NCBI GenBank assembly: GCA_965140785.1
Contig: OZ223505.1
Location: forward strand, 32,001-96,000
Reading direction: 5' to 3'
Length of the DNA: 64,000 bases
Source: an uncultured Ruficoccus sp.
GTDB lineage: Bacteria > Verrucomicrobiota > Verrucomicrobiia > Opitutales > Cerasicoccaceae
Every line of letters begins with the position of its first letter. Positions within the stretch are counted from its first letter, which is position 1. The translations under genes and the position numbers were made by a program. The notes under the pieces were generated by a model. It was not told where the DNA came from and searched no databases. It worked only from the letters and a program-made list of their open reading frames with translations. Positions 48,181 to 61,249 of this stretch are shown one piece after another.

Positions 48181-49050
48181 TCAGCTCTTTTTGCTGTCGC
48201 CCTGGGGCTCTTCGAGGATTTCCATTAAAGCCTCGTCGCCGTCCTTCTGGTCCTGCAGGGCCTCGACGGTGAAGACCTTATCGGGCAAGGGCTTGTTCAG
48301 GCGGGCCTTGAGCACGGTCATGATCGAGGTGGTTTTGCTTCCATGGTTGTTCATGGCCGCGCGGCGGGGGCGCTGGCTGGGGCCGTCGATCTCAGCAGAG
48401 TCGTAGTCGTAGCCGTTGAAGGTCTTGAAGGGTTCCTTCTCGCCCTCGGCGTAGAACTCGATTTTGAGAATGTTGTAGTTCTCCTTGTCGATGTAGAGGA
48501 GGCGGCTGGGGTAGTCGACCCGGTTGCGGATGTCCACGTTGGCCGGGGCCGACATGATGACAAATACTTCCTTGCCCTCCAGATCCTCGTCGAGCAGGCG
48601 GTAGTACTGGAACTCGTCGGTGTTCTCCTTGCGCAGGTCGTCGAAGGTGAAGTCTGAGCCCATGAAGGAGGAGTTCTTCTGGGAGCCTGTGATCTGGCGG
48701 GCCTGGCCCAGAGCGGGCAGGTAAAAATACTGGTCGCTCTCACCGCCGGGCTTTTCCAGAGTGAGGAGGGAGACGCCGCTGATGTCCTCGGGGGAGAGGA
48801 AGCGGATGAGGTAGCGCAGATTGCCGTCCTCGTCCGGCTTGACCGCGCTGATCAGCTCGCGCACCTGGGTATTGCCGGATTCGTCGATGATGACCATCTT
48901 GATCAGCTCGACCTCCGACTCGGCGGCCTGCTGGGACTTAAGCTCAGCCATGATCTCATCGGCCTGTTGGTATTTGGCCTTGTGAAACCCTGACAGCGGC
49001 AGTGCTGACGCAAGCAATAATAGCGCGATGGCGATCCTCGGGAAAGTCAT
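48181..49050 (-). CDS. Outer membrane lipoprotein-sorting protein (LolA-like)
   Basis: Signal peptide; RFLSPEDISGVSLL, DQYFYLPALG, SFMGSDFTFDDL; typical partner of MMPL genes. Confidence 0.85.
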   Translation of the reverse strand: MTFPRIAIALLLLASALPLSGFHKAKYQQADEIMAELKSQQAAESEVELIKMVIIDESGNTQVRELISAVKPDEDGNLRYLIRFLSPEDISGVSLLTLEKPGGESDQYFYLPALGQARQITGSQKNSSFMGSDFTFDDLRKENTDEFQYYRLLDEDLEGKEVFVIMSAPANVDIRNRVDYPSRLLYIDKENYNILKIEFYAEGEKEPFKTFNGYDYDSAEIDGPSQRPRRAAMNNHGSKTTSIMTVLKARLNKPLPDKVFTVEALQDQKDGDEALMEILEEPQGDSKKS

Positions 49051-49136
49051 AACCGTAGCAGAACTTAGCTTAATCTAGTGTATTAGCGGATGTTGTCAAT
49101 CGGAAGCTTCGCCCTCTTTATCGGACGGATGCGGGA

Positions 49137-49787
49137 TCAGTTAAGCCGCTGGGGATTGTCAATGAGGCCGAAGGCGAGCGCCTGGCGGGTGAGCCCGGCC
49201 ACATCGTGCACGCCGAGCTTCTTCATCAGGTTGGCGCGGTGGGTGTCGGCGGTTTTGACGCTGATGTCGAGCTTTGCGGCGATTTCCTTGCTGGTGCAGC
49301 TTTCGGCGATGAGTTGCAGCACCTGCCGCTCACGCGGGGTCAACTCCTCCAGCGAGTCGCCCTGAGAGGGGTTGATCATGATCTCGCGCATGATGTCCAC
49401 GATGCGCGGCCCGAAATAGCTCTGCCCGGCCACGATTTTTTCTACCGCGACCTCCAGTTCGTTCAGGTTGGCGTCCTTTTCGATAAAGCCTTCGATCCCG
49501 GCTTCGAGGACTTTTTTGACCACGTTCTTGCTCGGGAAAGCCGAGAAGACGAGGATGTCGGGCTTGCGGTCAGCGTTTTTCAACTGGCGCAGCACCTCGA
49601 CGCCGTTCAACTGCGGCAGCATGATGTCGAGCACGACGATGTCCGGTTTCTTCTCCAGAATCTCACGCAGCGCCTCATGCCCGTCGGCAAAGGCACCGAT
49701 GACTTCGATCCCGGGGTACGACTCCAGCAGGCGGCAAATCAGGTCCCGCAGGATGGTTTGGTCTTCAACAACAACGACGCGCTTCAT
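49137..49787 (-). CDS. NarL/LuxR family response regulator
   Basis: VVEDQ, VVLDIMLP, LTPRERQVLQLIAE...KTADTHRANLMKKL. Confidence 0.93.
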   Translation of the reverse strand: MKRVVVVEDQTILRDLICRLLESYPGIEVIGAFADGHEALREILEKKPDIVVLDIMLPQLNGVEVLRQLKNADRKPDILVFSAFPSKNVVKKVLEAGIEGFIEKDANLNELEVAVEKIVAGQSYFGPRIVDIMREIMINPSQGDSLEELTPRERQVLQLIAESCTSKEIAAKLDISVKTADTHRANLMKKLGVHDVAGLTRQALAFGLIDNPQRLN

Positions 49788-50023
49788 GAGAGATAGAACG
49801 AGCCTAAAGCGTTCACCCCGGTTTTGGCAACCACCATTCCGACAGGGAAACTACCGCTCCCCGGAGGCCGGTTACCTGAGGCGGGGTCGGGAAATGTCCC
49901 GGGTTGTTTGAGGCGATCCGGTAGGCGGGGTCATCCAATAAAGGAAGACACAGTTGAGTTGATATTTGGAGTTGTTCACCCTCTGCCGGAAGGATATTCT
50001 TTTTCTCAACCGAAAGAAGCACG

Positions 50024-50374
50024 GTGAACCCGATTCATATTTCATCGCTTACCACTCTGGCCGTCGCGGTATTATTGGTCGCGCTGTCATTGCCGCTTAT
50101 TTACAGGCGGGTGCCGATGAACCACTGGTACGGTGTCCGCTTCAAGGCGTCGTTCAAGTCCGATAAGCACTGGTACGAAATCAACGCCTACGGCGGCAAA
50201 GCCTTATGCGTCGCAGCACTGCCCATCGCCGCCTGGGGTGTCTTCGGTTTCTTCGTGTCAGACGGCGACGCGGACGGGTATGTGTGGCTGGATACGGCGG
50301 TGGTGCTGGCGTCTGTGTTGGTGGCGGCCTGCCTGTCCTGGCTGAAGGCCCGGCGCGTGGATAGCGGCGACTGA
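50024..50374 (+). CDS. SdpI/YhfL family membrane protein
   Basis: VPMNHWYGVR...SDKHWYEINAYGG with three TM segments. Confidence 0.8.
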   Translation: MNPIHISSLTTLAVAVLLVALSLPLIYRRVPMNHWYGVRFKASFKSDKHWYEINAYGGKALCVAALPIAAWGVFGFFVSDGDADGYVWLDTAVVLASVLVAACLSWLKARRVDSGD

Positions 50375-50421
50375 CGGGGGTTTATGTGCGGGCTGGGTGG
50401 AGTTTCTCGGTCCCCGCAGTG

Positions 50422-51705
<1,284 letters not shown>

Positions 51706-51715
51706 GGAAAAAGAA

Positions 51716-52273
51716 GGGGATTAACCGCAAAGGCGCAAAGGCGCAAAGGTGAATGTTGCAGGAGTTAGGGGGAGCGGGTTGGCCTTTTTAGCGGCTAAGG
51801 ACGACACGCCGGATGCCTTGTTTGATTAACGGGGTGTTAAAGTTAATCAAAAGACCGAGCTGGTTGCCGGTTAATTTAAGATAAGTGAGCAACTGGGCTT
51901 GATGAATGGGTGCTAGTTCTTCGATCGCCTTGATCTCGATGATGATCTTTTTTTCGATCCAAATGTCGAGCCTGAGTCCGGCATCAAGTTCCACTCTATC
52001 ATAGACCACGGGAAGGTGAACTTGTGTCTCTATTCCGAGATTTTGTTTGGCTAGTTCATGGGCAAGACACTTTTTATATACCGATTCGAGCAGGCCGGGA
52101 CCGAGTGCCGTATGCACTTTATAGGCACAGTCTACGGCAATTTTAGCCAAGGAGTTTTCCAGTTCCAACGGCATTCCCATTAATGTCTTCTACAAAGACC
52201 GAAAGCACCAAGACGGTAAAGCCAGAAGTCAATTGCCCTCCTTGGCGCCTTTGCGTCTTTGCGGTTAATCCCC
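51716..52273. mobile_element. Putative mobile element: 34-bp periodic inverted arms enclosing one GxxExxY gene
   Basis: ggggattaaccgcaaaggcgcaaaggcgcaaagg ... ccttggcgcctttgcgtctttgcggttaatcccc (2 mismatches); AT-richer interior. Confidence 0.7.
51788..52180 (-). CDS. GxxExxY protein (predicted PD-(D/E)xK nuclease fold)
   Basis: VHTALGPGLLESVY, RLDIWIEKKIIIEIKA, HQAQLLTYLK, GLLINF. Confidence 0.93.
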   Translation of the reverse strand: MGMPLELENSLAKIAVDCAYKVHTALGPGLLESVYKKCLAHELAKQNLGIETQVHLPVVYDRVELDAGLRLDIWIEKKIIIEIKAIEELAPIHQAQLLTYLKLTGNQLGLLINFNTPLIKQGIRRVVLSR

Positions 52274-52278
52274 CCAAC

Positions 52279-52306
52279 AAAAAAGCCCCGGCGCTTGGCC
52301 GAGGCT
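52279..52306 (-). terminator. Terminator after ppdK
   Basis: agcctcggc-caagc-gccggggct followed by a T-run on the minus strand. Confidence 0.7.
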
Positions 52307-52335
52307 CTTGAAAGGTGCGGAACGCTCTGCGCGGG

Positions 52336-55092
<2,757 letters not shown>

Positions 55093-55220
55093 CCTGTATA
55101 TGGGTGGCACGGCGGCGAAATTGCCGCACGTGGCATGGTTTTAAGTATTGAACGATGGTAAGGAAACCGCGATAGAAAAAGGTTTCCAGCTCGCCTGTCA
55201 ACGGAAAGCTGGCGCACGCT

Positions 55221-56047
55221 ATGATGGACGAACCCGAGAATGGTCAAGAGCTCGCCAACGAGCCTGAGGAGCACGAGCCCGGTACGATGGGGCTGCTCGA
55301 CCACCTGGAGGAGCTGCGCTGGGCGGTGCTCAAGAGCATGAGCGCAGTGTTGGCCGGGGTCCTGCTCACGGCCTGTTTCTTTCCCACTTTTTTCTCTGTC
55401 CTGCGCTACCCGCTGGACCGCGCGATCGCCAACGAGCCGGACGGCCTCGTCGCCCTGACCACCACGAGCGTGATGGGCGTCTTCATGGTGATCATCCAGG
55501 TCTGTATGATCGGGGGCGTGGCCCTGGGCCTGCCTTTTGTGCTCTACCATTTTTCCCGTTTCGTCGCGCCGGGGCTGACGCAAAAGGAAAAAACGCGCCC
55601 TCGTCCCGGCTTGCGGGGCGACGCTCGTGCTCTTCCTTTTGGGGTGCCTGTTTCGCCTACTTCGTGGTGCTGCCGACCGGGCTGGAAGTGACCTTGTATT
55701 TAAATAAGAAACTCGGACTGGGGATTATCTGGACGGCGCAGAGCTACTATAACCTGGTCATCTGGCTGATGATCGGAGTGGGGGTGGCCTTCGAGTTTCC
55801 GCTCGTGCTGGTGATCCTTCAATACATCGGGGTGATCTCACCGGAGCAGTTGCGCGAGTACCGCCGCTTCGCCGTGGTGATCATCCTGGTGGCCGCGGCC
55901 CTGATCACGCCCGGGGGCGACCCGGTGACGATGCTCATGCTGGCTTCCGTGCTCTACCTGTTCTTCGAAGCTGCCATCGTGGTGGGGGATAAACTCGTCC
56001 GCAAACGCAAGGCCGCGATGGAAGAGTTCCTGGACGACGAGGAGTAA
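55221..56047 (+). pseudogene. tatC: Twin-arginine translocase subunit TatC, split by two +1 frameshifts (real lesion or sequencing error)
   Basis: LLDHLEELRW ... FVAPGL and AFEFP ... AALITPGGDP in different frames; removing one A (55588-55593) and one T (55651-55653) restores one ORF. Confidence 0.85.
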
Positions 56048-56185
56048 CCCTCCTTCTCGTTTGTTTGGATAGTCTGGAGTTCGACCACGGCTTTTTTCGC
56101 AGTGGCAGGACTTGCTTTAAAAACCAGTTCAGCCGAGTGCGACAGATTATACCGATTTCAGCCAGGAATGATAAAATACCTATTT

Positions 56186-56262
56186 CCCGCGAAGCCACGC
56201 GAAGATACGCAAAGTCGATGAGGAAGTGATTCACTTCGTGTTCCTTCGCGTAACTTCGCGGG
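56186..56262. repeat. Element with inverted arms of 10-nt periodicity (empty)
   Basis: cccgcgaagccacgcgaagatacgcaaag ... cttcgtgttccttcgcgtaacttcgcggg. Confidence 0.75.
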
Positions 56263-56446
56263 CCATCTCTTTATCGATACTACTTGAATACGGTATTATA
56301 CCATTTCTAAGAATTAGATATAGGCTATGTTAGCCCCGGCTAAATAATCATCTCGAAGCAGATGGGAAGCGGTATTAGACGAAAACGCTCGGGTCTGATC
56401 TAGCTCAGTGCGCGGACTCCTGTCTCGGCAGCCCTGATATCCGGGC

Positions 56447-56484
56447 AAAAAAAGGGGGAGTCCGTCTCTCACCCCGGACTCCCC
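56447..56484 (-). terminator. Intrinsic terminator
   Basis: ggggagtccg...cggactcccc followed by a T-run on the minus strand. Confidence 0.7.
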
Positions 56485-56548
56485 ACGCCGGCTCTAAATG
56501 GCCGGTTAATCCCCTAATCTATTCTCTCTGTCTATACCTCAAAAAGTT

Positions 56549-57049
56549 TCACGAGGAAACTTCTAGGAGGGATAAAAGTACGTAACGACCGACCCGGGTC
56601 TCAATCGGACGGGCGTTGATATGGTATTTACGTATCACTTGTTGGCTGCCGTTCACGATACGAAGTTTGCAATCGTCTTTATTTTCCTCACCCGCGAAGG
56701 CCCGCTCCACCGACGTGCTCACGGCGCACTTGTCGCAGCCGACGGCAGTTCCACAGCCGCTGCGGCGCAGGGTGGAAGATTGGCAGCCGAGCAGTTCACC
56801 GATGCGCAGCCCGACGAACAGGTTGTCGTTGGCCATGTCCAGCAGCGCGGAAAAGGCACGGTTGGCGAAAACGACCTGACGGTGACGATTGAGAATCGTC
56901 CAGGCGCCCGGCATGACCTCGATGACACGACGCAGGTGCGAAAGCCGCTCGATGCGAGAGGCTTCCTGCCGAATCGACTCCTTCGAACACCGGACCGGCG
57001 CGGCCCGTTGTTTGGAAAGAGTTGATCGATTTGCTGCGATTGCTGCCAT
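56549..57049 (-). CDS. Stand-alone PAS-like domain protein with Cys cluster
   Basis: VIEVMPGAWTILNRHRQVVFANRAF; GLRIGELLGC...GCGTAVGCDKC. Confidence 0.7.
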   Translation of the reverse strand: MAAIAANRSTLSKQRAAPVRCSKESIRQEASRIERLSHLRRVIEVMPGAWTILNRHRQVVFANRAFSALLDMANDNLFVGLRIGELLGCQSSTLRRSGCGTAVGCDKCAVSTSVERAFAGEENKDDCKLRIVNGSQQVIRKYHINARPIETRVGRYVLLSLLEVSS

Positions 57050-57288
57050 GTTGCTGTGACATTAGTCATACTCATGGTATACGCAATAAAAGATTAGCAG
57101 AATTATATGTGGCAATCGCACAAATTAGCCTTCCTAATCTTAATGGAAAGCCAATCTGTCCTTATGGCAAATGGGCCAACGCTTTTGAGCTGAGTATAAT
57201 GTCCCGTTGGGGGCAGTTGCAGACAGGGATTGCCCTCAGGGCGGTGCGTGGGATCATGGTCGGCTTGACGGAGCCTGGCCGCGGCAAT

Positions 57289-57313
57289 AAAAAAAGGGCC
57301 GAAAAACGGCCCT
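57289..57313 (-). terminator. Intrinsic terminator
   Basis: agggccg-ttttt-cggccct followed by tttttt on the minus strand. Confidence 0.75.
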
Positions 57314-57350
57314 GAATACGCTATGCGTGACTGTGATTAAAAGCTGCGCT

Positions 57351-57596
57351 TCAGCTCTTCTTGCGGCGGCGCAATTGATCCACCAGCGTCACCCGGAACA
57401 GGCACAGCGCGATCCAGCTGAAGCCGCCCATGACCACCGAGCAATAGCCCGAGAAGATCGTTTTCCAGACCGGATTATAGATCGGCACGTGCGGCGGGAT
57501 GATCACGAACATGAAGACGAGAAAAACGCCAAAGGCGATCAGCACGTCCACGAGCGCGCCTCCAATACCTACGAGCTTCCGGTTTTCGGTTTCCAT
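57351..57596 (-). CDS. Small two-TM membrane protein
   Basis: Two hydrophobic helices, PPHVP loop, basic C-terminus. Confidence 0.7.
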   Translation of the reverse strand: METENRKLVGIGGALVDVLIAFGVFLVFMFVIIPPHVPIYNPVWKTIFSGYCSVVMGGFSWIALCLFRVTLVDQLRRRKKS

Positions 57597-57758
57597 GGCA
57601 GTAACTTGGTCAAGCTGAGCGTCGCAGTCAAAATAAATTTATAGGCCCAATAACGGATACTGTCCGGTTGCGGGCCGCTTGCTGAGACGAGCGCGCCCCG
57701 CTGGTTCACAGACGCAAACGGGGCGTGCGTGTTATAAAAACGGGTCGTGTGGCGGCGA

Positions 57759-58394
57759 TCAGTGGCAGAGACCGACCGTGTTGAGCCAGTGACGGGCCAT
57801 CAAGGCATGCCCGGCAGGGGTGGGGTGGACACCGTCGGCGGCCCAGAAGGCCGCTTCACGCTTCATGGAAGCGGCGGCGAAGATGCCGTCGAAGGGCACG
57901 TAGCGGGCGCCGAACTCGCGGGCCAACTCGCGGGCGGCGTGGATTTTCGGGTCTAGGTCCTCGCGCCAGGCCTTGCGGTCCTGGGGGTGAGGCAGGACAA
58001 AGGGCTCGCAGACGATGAGCTTGATCCCGGCCCCGGCGCAGCGGGTGAGGATGTCCCGGTAATGGTCGGTGTAGTCTTCGGTCGAGGTCGGGTCGTTGTT
58101 GTCGAAGCGGCGCCAGGTGTCGTTGATGCCGATCAGGATGGAGACCCAGTCGGGCTTGAGGTCGAGGCAGTCTTGCTGCCAGCGGTCGGCCAGGTTGACC
58201 GCGCGGTTGCCGCTGATGCCACGGTTGATGAAGGTCAGGTTCAGCTCCGGGCGGGCGGCGCTCAGCCAGGCCGAGGCCAGCGCGGCGTAGCCGCGTCCCA
58301 TGTCGGCCAGGTTGACTTCCTTGTCGCGTCCGGCGTCCGTGATGCTGTCCCCCTGAAAGAGAATCGTTTGTCCAGCTTCGAAAATAAGGCTCAT
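57759..58394 (-). CDS. SGNH/GDSL hydrolase
   Basis: FQGDSITD, NRGISG, IGINDTW, DGVHP. Confidence 0.93.
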   Translation of the reverse strand: MSLIFEAGQTILFQGDSITDAGRDKEVNLADMGRGYAALASAWLSAARPELNLTFINRGISGNRAVNLADRWQQDCLDLKPDWVSILIGINDTWRRFDNNDPTSTEDYTDHYRDILTRCAGAGIKLIVCEPFVLPHPQDRKAWREDLDPKIHAARELAREFGARYVPFDGIFAAASMKREAAFWAADGVHPTPAGHALMARHWLNTVGLCH

Positions 58395-58554
58395 CCCACC
58401 GGCATAGATCAGCGATTCTGTTTTGGAAAGGAGAAAGAATAAGGCCGTGCACTCATGAGGAAAGTAAGCGAGCGGCTGAACGCAAAGAGTGGCACCGCTT
58501 ATGCTCAATTTTGTCCCCGCGACCTCGCCAACCCATTGACCCACTATTTTGCCC

Positions 58555-58812
58555 ATGGAACCTCAGAGTAACCAGATCCACGGCCACGCCGTGATGGACA
58601 TGATGATCGCCGCCGACCAGGCCTATACCCGTGAGAGCTTGCGGGCGGCCATCGTCGAGCGCTTCGGTGAGGACGCGGTTTTCTACACCTGCTCGGCCAG
58701 TGGGCTGGACGTGGACGCGATGATCGACTTTCTCGCCGGCCATGGGAAGCTCAAGGGCGAGCCCGGGGCGTTGCGACTCGATCCGTCCACCCGTTGCGAT
58801 GATGATGAATAG
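58555..58812 (+). CDS. YecH family (DUF2492) metal-binding protein
   Basis: IHGHAVMDMM, FGEDAVFYTCSA, FLAGHGK. Confidence 0.85.
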   Translation: MEPQSNQIHGHAVMDMMIAADQAYTRESLRAAIVERFGEDAVFYTCSASGLDVDAMIDFLAGHGKLKGEPGALRLDPSTRCDDDE

Positions 58813-58854
58813 GGGCGGGAGCGTGATTGGCGGCGGGCGGCTTGCCCTCAAATG

Positions 58855-59790
58855 CTAGAAGCTCGCGCCGATTTCGAAGCCGAAGGTGGCGGTCGGCTCG
58901 GCCTTGACCGTTTGGTACTTGTTGCGGTTGGCGCGGAACTCGTACTCGCTCCAGAAGTCGCCCTGAACGTAGCCGCGCACGTAGAAGGGGCCGCCGAAGC
59001 GGTAGGTGACGCCGACGGCGGCGGTTACGGAGGAGGCTTCCACCGCGGGGTTCACGACCGAGCTGGCAGCCTGGACGTACTGCTTGTTGAGCTGGAAGCT
59101 GCTGGAGTTGTACTGCACGGTGAAGTCGAGCACCGTCTGCTGGTCGGCGTTGACGTCGTAAACGAGCGTCACCCCGTTGAAGCTGCGCAGGCGCAGGTTC
59201 TCGTTGATGCGCCACTCGATGAAGCCCACCGGCCAGTAGCGCACCGCCTGTTGAAGGTCGGAGATGATCAGCACACCGAAGGAAAAGGAGAAGCCTTTGA
59301 AAAACTCGTAGCTGGCACCGAAACTGGCGGTGTAGGAGTCGCCGCTGGTCAGCGTGGCGTCCCCGGACTCGGCCCCGAGGCTGCCGCTGGCCATGGCGTA
59401 CGCGCCCCAGTCGCTGTCCTCGAACTGGTACTGGTAGATCGCGCTGAGCGAAATCTGGCTCACATCGCTGAAGTAGCTGGGCGCGCCATTGGACCAGTTG
59501 TAGTCGCTGTAGGTGTAGTCGAAGGTGATGCTGAGGCGGTTGTCCTTCCAGCCCTTCTTGTAGCTGAGGGTCGTTTCCAGCTCGGTCAGATCCATCTCGC
59601 CGTTGACGCCGTTCTTGAGGTCGCTGGGAACAGTGTAGCTGACGCCCTGCCCGATGGTGACACCGACCGGAACTTCCGGCGAGAAGATGTCCAGAAACGT
59701 CCCCGAGGTGGTCAGCTGCTGGGCATGGGCGCTCAGGGCAGCCAGGGTGAGGGCGGCGGCAAAGGTGTAGCGGTGGGCACGGTGACGCAT
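58855..59790 (-). CDS. Outer-membrane beta-barrel protein (DUF6268-like)
   Basis: Signal peptide; alternating aromatic beta-strand pattern; C-terminal Phe (IGASF). Confidence 0.78.
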   Translation of the reverse strand: MRHRAHRYTFAAALTLAALSAHAQQLTTSGTFLDIFSPEVPVGVTIGQGVSYTVPSDLKNGVNGEMDLTELETTLSYKKGWKDNRLSITFDYTYSDYNWSNGAPSYFSDVSQISLSAIYQYQFEDSDWGAYAMASGSLGAESGDATLTSGDSYTASFGASYEFFKGFSFSFGVLIISDLQQAVRYWPVGFIEWRINENLRLRSFNGVTLVYDVNADQQTVLDFTVQYNSSSFQLNKQYVQAASSVVNPAVEASSVTAAVGVTYRFGGPFYVRGYVQGDFWSEYEFRANRNKYQTVKAEPTATFGFEIGASF

Positions 59791-59994
59791 AAGAAAGGGC
59801 TATTATTCGAATTTAATTAAGAATAATGTCAAGACTGAGCGTACATAGTATCAAAGAAAAGGGAGGGCCGTCAATAACGGGCGGGCGTGAGTTTTCCGGT
59901 GAAAGGAATCCTTGCTATTTGCGTCAAATTCCAGCATCACACACGGCACAGGCGCTCCCTGATTTTGCCTCTCACTTAACCACCGGGAACGGAT

Positions 59995-60516
59995 ATGTTG
60001 CAACTGGTCCACGACAATGTGCGCTGCCTGCGTCAGGGCATCGATCTGCTCAAGTCGCTGCCCGCCTCCGAATACATCCGCAAGCATCCGCAATGCTTCG
60101 GCAGTACCATCGGGGGGCACATGCGTCATAATATCGATCACTATGACAGTTTTGTCCGGGGCCTGCCAACGGGAGAGATCGACTACGACGCACGTGTGCG
60201 GGATCCGGAGGTTGAGACCGGTCTGGCACGGGCCACCCAACGCCTGGAGGAACTGATATCCGCCCTGGAGGCCATCAATGAAAAGGCGCTGGAGTCACCG
60301 GTCGAGGTGATTATGGATAGCGGGGGCGACCCCGCGCTGTGTGGCCCGACCGCTTCAAGCGCCCGGCGCGAGTTGCAGTTCCTCCTCAGCCACACCGTTC
60401 ATCACTACGCGCTCATCGTGGTGCTGTGCCAGTTGCGCGGGATCGAGACAGCCCCGGACTTTGGCGTCGCGCCCAGCACTCTGCGCCATCGCGCCCAGTC
60501 CTCATGTGCACAGTAA
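59995..60516 (+). CDS. DinB-like four-helix His metal-binding protein
   Basis: TIGGHMRHNIDHY, IDYDARVRD, RELQFLLSHTVHHYAL, FGVAPST. Confidence 0.85.
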   Translation: MLQLVHDNVRCLRQGIDLLKSLPASEYIRKHPQCFGSTIGGHMRHNIDHYDSFVRGLPTGEIDYDARVRDPEVETGLARATQRLEELISALEAINEKALESPVEVIMDSGGDPALCGPTASSARRELQFLLSHTVHHYALIVVLCQLRGIETAPDFGVAPSTLRHRAQSSCAQ

Positions 60517-61247
60517 CCTGGTGGAGCGCAGCCGACGGCTACGAGCTGTACTTTAACCGCGACGAGCTCAAGTCGCGCCTGCCTGGCCTGCCGCCGGAGG
60601 AACGCGTGCTGGATGGGGTGCGCTACCTGAGCCCGCGCGATGGTGATGAGGGGGGCACCTGGCTGCTCGTTAATGAATTCAGCCTCACGCTCTGCCTGAT
60701 CAACCAGTACCCGTTGCGCCGCCCGGTCAAGCGCGGCCCACTGGTCAGCCGGGGGCATCTGGTCCGTGCGCTGGCCTCCTGCCGTGAGGTTGCGGAGGTG
60801 GCTCGGTGTCTGCGTGATTCCGAACTTTTTTCCTACCGGCCTTTTCAACTGGTGGCGGTCGAGCCGGGCGGGGCGGGGGTGGCCTATGCCTGGGACGGAC
60901 ACGCGCTGGCTGAGACTGAAAACGCCCGCGAGCGTATGCCTTTTACCTCCTCCTCCTATCTGTCCGAGCAGATCGTCCAGCACCGCCGCGAGCGTTTTTC
61001 GCAGATCGTGGCCGAGCGCGGCGATATGAGCCCGCGGGATTTGCTGGCCTTTCACCGTGAGCACAGCGTGGGGGCCGGGGCGTTCTCGGTCTGCATGCAG
61101 CGCGACGATGCCGAGACGGTCAGCCTGACGCAGGTCGTCGTGCGTCCGGAGAAAATTTCCATGACCTATTCGCAGAAAGTCCCGGGGCAGCCGGTGTTCG
61201 CCGAGCCGGTCCATGCTTCGCTTAAACCCCGGGCCTGCCTTTCCTGA
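60504..61247 (+). CDS. NRDE/TANGO2 family protein (Ntn-hydrolase-like, N-terminal Cys)
   Basis: MCTV..., FNRDE, GGTW, SRG, TVS; overlaps the DinB stop by 13 nt. Confidence 0.9.
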   Translation: MCTVTWWSAADGYELYFNRDELKSRLPGLPPEERVLDGVRYLSPRDGDEGGTWLLVNEFSLTLCLINQYPLRRPVKRGPLVSRGHLVRALASCREVAEVARCLRDSELFSYRPFQLVAVEPGGAGVAYAWDGHALAETENARERMPFTSSSYLSEQIVQHRRERFSQIVAERGDMSPRDLLAFHREHSVGAGAFSVCMQRDDAETVSLTQVVVRPEKISMTYSQKVPGQPVFAEPVHASLKPRACLS

Positions 61248-61249
61248 CG

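Noticed and set aside
55585..55666. Programmed ribosomal frameshifting in tatC
   Set aside because: Two successive shifts would be needed within about 20 codons of a conserved TM region; error or mutation is simpler.
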